Positions 62,951 to 64,000 of a stretch of DNA of 64,000 bases are shown piece after piece. This stretch comes from Bacteroides sp. (GTDB lineage Bacteria; Bacteroidota; Bacteroidia; Bacteroidales; Muribaculaceae). The notes below the pieces were generated by a model. It searched no databases, had not been told where the DNA came from, and was given only the letters and a program-made list of their open reading frames with translations. Where the stretch lies: the NCBI GenBank assembly GCA_014802265.1, contig JAAVCP010000064.1, forward strand, positions 1,265-65,264, given 5' to 3'. A program made the position numbers and the translations under genes. How positions within the stretch are numbered: the first letter of the stretch is position 1; each line of letters starts with the position of its first letter.

Positions 62951-64000
62951 ATGCCGCGTCCGCTCACTCCTGAGGAAATTACACAACTTGAAAAACAGGG
63001 ATGCATCTCAAGGGCATGGGACACTGTTCTTATTTCCCCCTCCCTCAATCTATCCAATATAAGAAACGTATATTTTAAGGAGAATGTGTTGCTTGATGAA
63101 GGGGCAACCGTCACAAATGTACCCGGAGGAATCCATAACTGCCGCATCGGAAAAAATGCGGTTGTGGAAAATGTGGCAAGAATAGATTTTGAACCGGAGG
63201 CTCCGTGCGGAATCGGTATCTCCATATGCGCACTCGACGAGACAGGCTCGCGTCCTGTGATTGCCTACCCCGGATTATCCTCCCAGATTGCCACACTTAT
63301 GGCGCGTGAACCTAAATGGCTATCACGCAATCTTCAGGCTTATATCAATGAATTTCTTGAATCAAAAGCCACTCCCCCGGAGATTGGCGATGGTGCCGTA
63401 GTGCGCGACTGCGGAAGGCTGCTTAATGTGAGCATCGGTGCCGGCTGCACTGTTGAGGGAGCCACATCGCTTGTCAATGGCTCAATAATCAACAATGCCG
63501 CTTCAGGACGACCTTTTACTTACGTGGGGTATGGCGTAGATGCTGAAAACTTTATCATTGAAGATGGCAAGGTGGATTCCGGCACAATATTGCGCAACTG
63601 CTATGTGGGGCAAGGTGTTGAACTTGAAAAAGGATTCACAGCCCACGACTCACTCTTTTTTGCCAACTGCTCTTTTGAGAATGGCGAAGCATGTGCGTTG
63701 CTTGCAGGACCATATTCCGTAAGTATGCATAAGGGCACTTTGATGATAGGATGCCAGACATCGTTCATGAATGCCGGCTCATCCACCAATCAAAGTAATC
63801 ACATGTATAAACTGGGTCCAGTGCATTGGGGAATACTTGAAAGAGGTGTGAAGACATCCTCAGGAGCATATATTATGTTTGGGGCTAAAATCGGTGCCTT
63901 TTCAATGATAATGGGCGCACACAAGACTCACCCCGACTCATCTTCCTTCCCTTTCTCATATCTTTTCGGTGACGAAAGGGGTGCAACAGTGGTAGTGCCG
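62951..64000 (+). CDS. DUF4954-family protein, partial (runs off the window end; not in the ORF track)
   Basis: Frame reads MPRPLTPEEITQLEKQGC...NGEAC..AGPYSVSMHKGTL..G..SFMNAGSSTNQSNHMYKLGPVHWGILERG, with LbH-like repeats; in-frame ATGs also at 62891-62903. Confidence 0.85.
   Translation, partial: MPRPLTPEEITQLEKQGCISRAWDTVLISPSLNLSNIRNVYFKENVLLDEGATVTNVPGGIHNCRIGKNAVVENVARIDFEPEAPCGIGISICALDETGSRPVIAYPGLSSQIATLMAREPKWLSRNLQAYINEFLESKATPPEIGDGAVVRDCGRLLNVSIGAGCTVEGATSLVNGSIINNAASGRPFTYVGYGVDAENFIIEDGKVDSGTILRNCYVGQGVELEKGFTAHDSLFFANCSFENGEACALLAGPYSVSMHKGTLMIGCQTSFMNAGSSTNQSNHMYKLGPVHWGILERGVKTSSGAYIMFGAKIGAFSMIMGAHKTHPDSSSFPFSYLFGDERGATVVVP

Noticed and set aside
62494-63225. 243-aa minus-strand ORF
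   Set aside because: Antisense to hflX and the DUF4954 gene, both well supported on the plus strand.

Overview
64-kb chromosomal window from a Bacteroidales gut bacterium, probably Muribaculaceae-like. That placement is inferred from TAnnTTTG promoters, AT-rich starts without Shine-Dalgarno sites, a T9SS-type C-terminal domain and the gene families. The right half is mostly housekeeping: glsA, nth, pheS, the tRNA(Thr-Tyr-Gly-Thr)-tuf-tRNA(Trp)-secE-nusG-rplKAJL-rpoBC cluster, glmS, two pepD paralogs around a muramidase, ompH, hflX and a DUF4954 gene running off the end. The left part (1.5-22.5 kb) is accessory. It holds a decayed defence islet between 62/64-bp direct repeats and an exported LRR-caspase / beta-barrel / lipoprotein / DUF4384 operon. 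It also holds a TPR-LuxR sensor module that appears to have overwritten an Abi_2 (AbiF/AbiD-like) gene but kept its leader, and a mosaic junction at 20.3-20.5 kb built from copies of distant sequences. The most notable unexplained signal is three unrelated 5' leaders (3.1, 9.3 and 39.0-39.3 kb). They share one long-hairpin fold with a covarying 2x3 AA/RYC internal loop, and two of them have an alternative terminator-like helix, suggesting a candidate structured cis-regulatory RNA family. No CRISPR array, rRNA or intact integrase/transposase was seen. All family calls come from motif recognition, not database searches.
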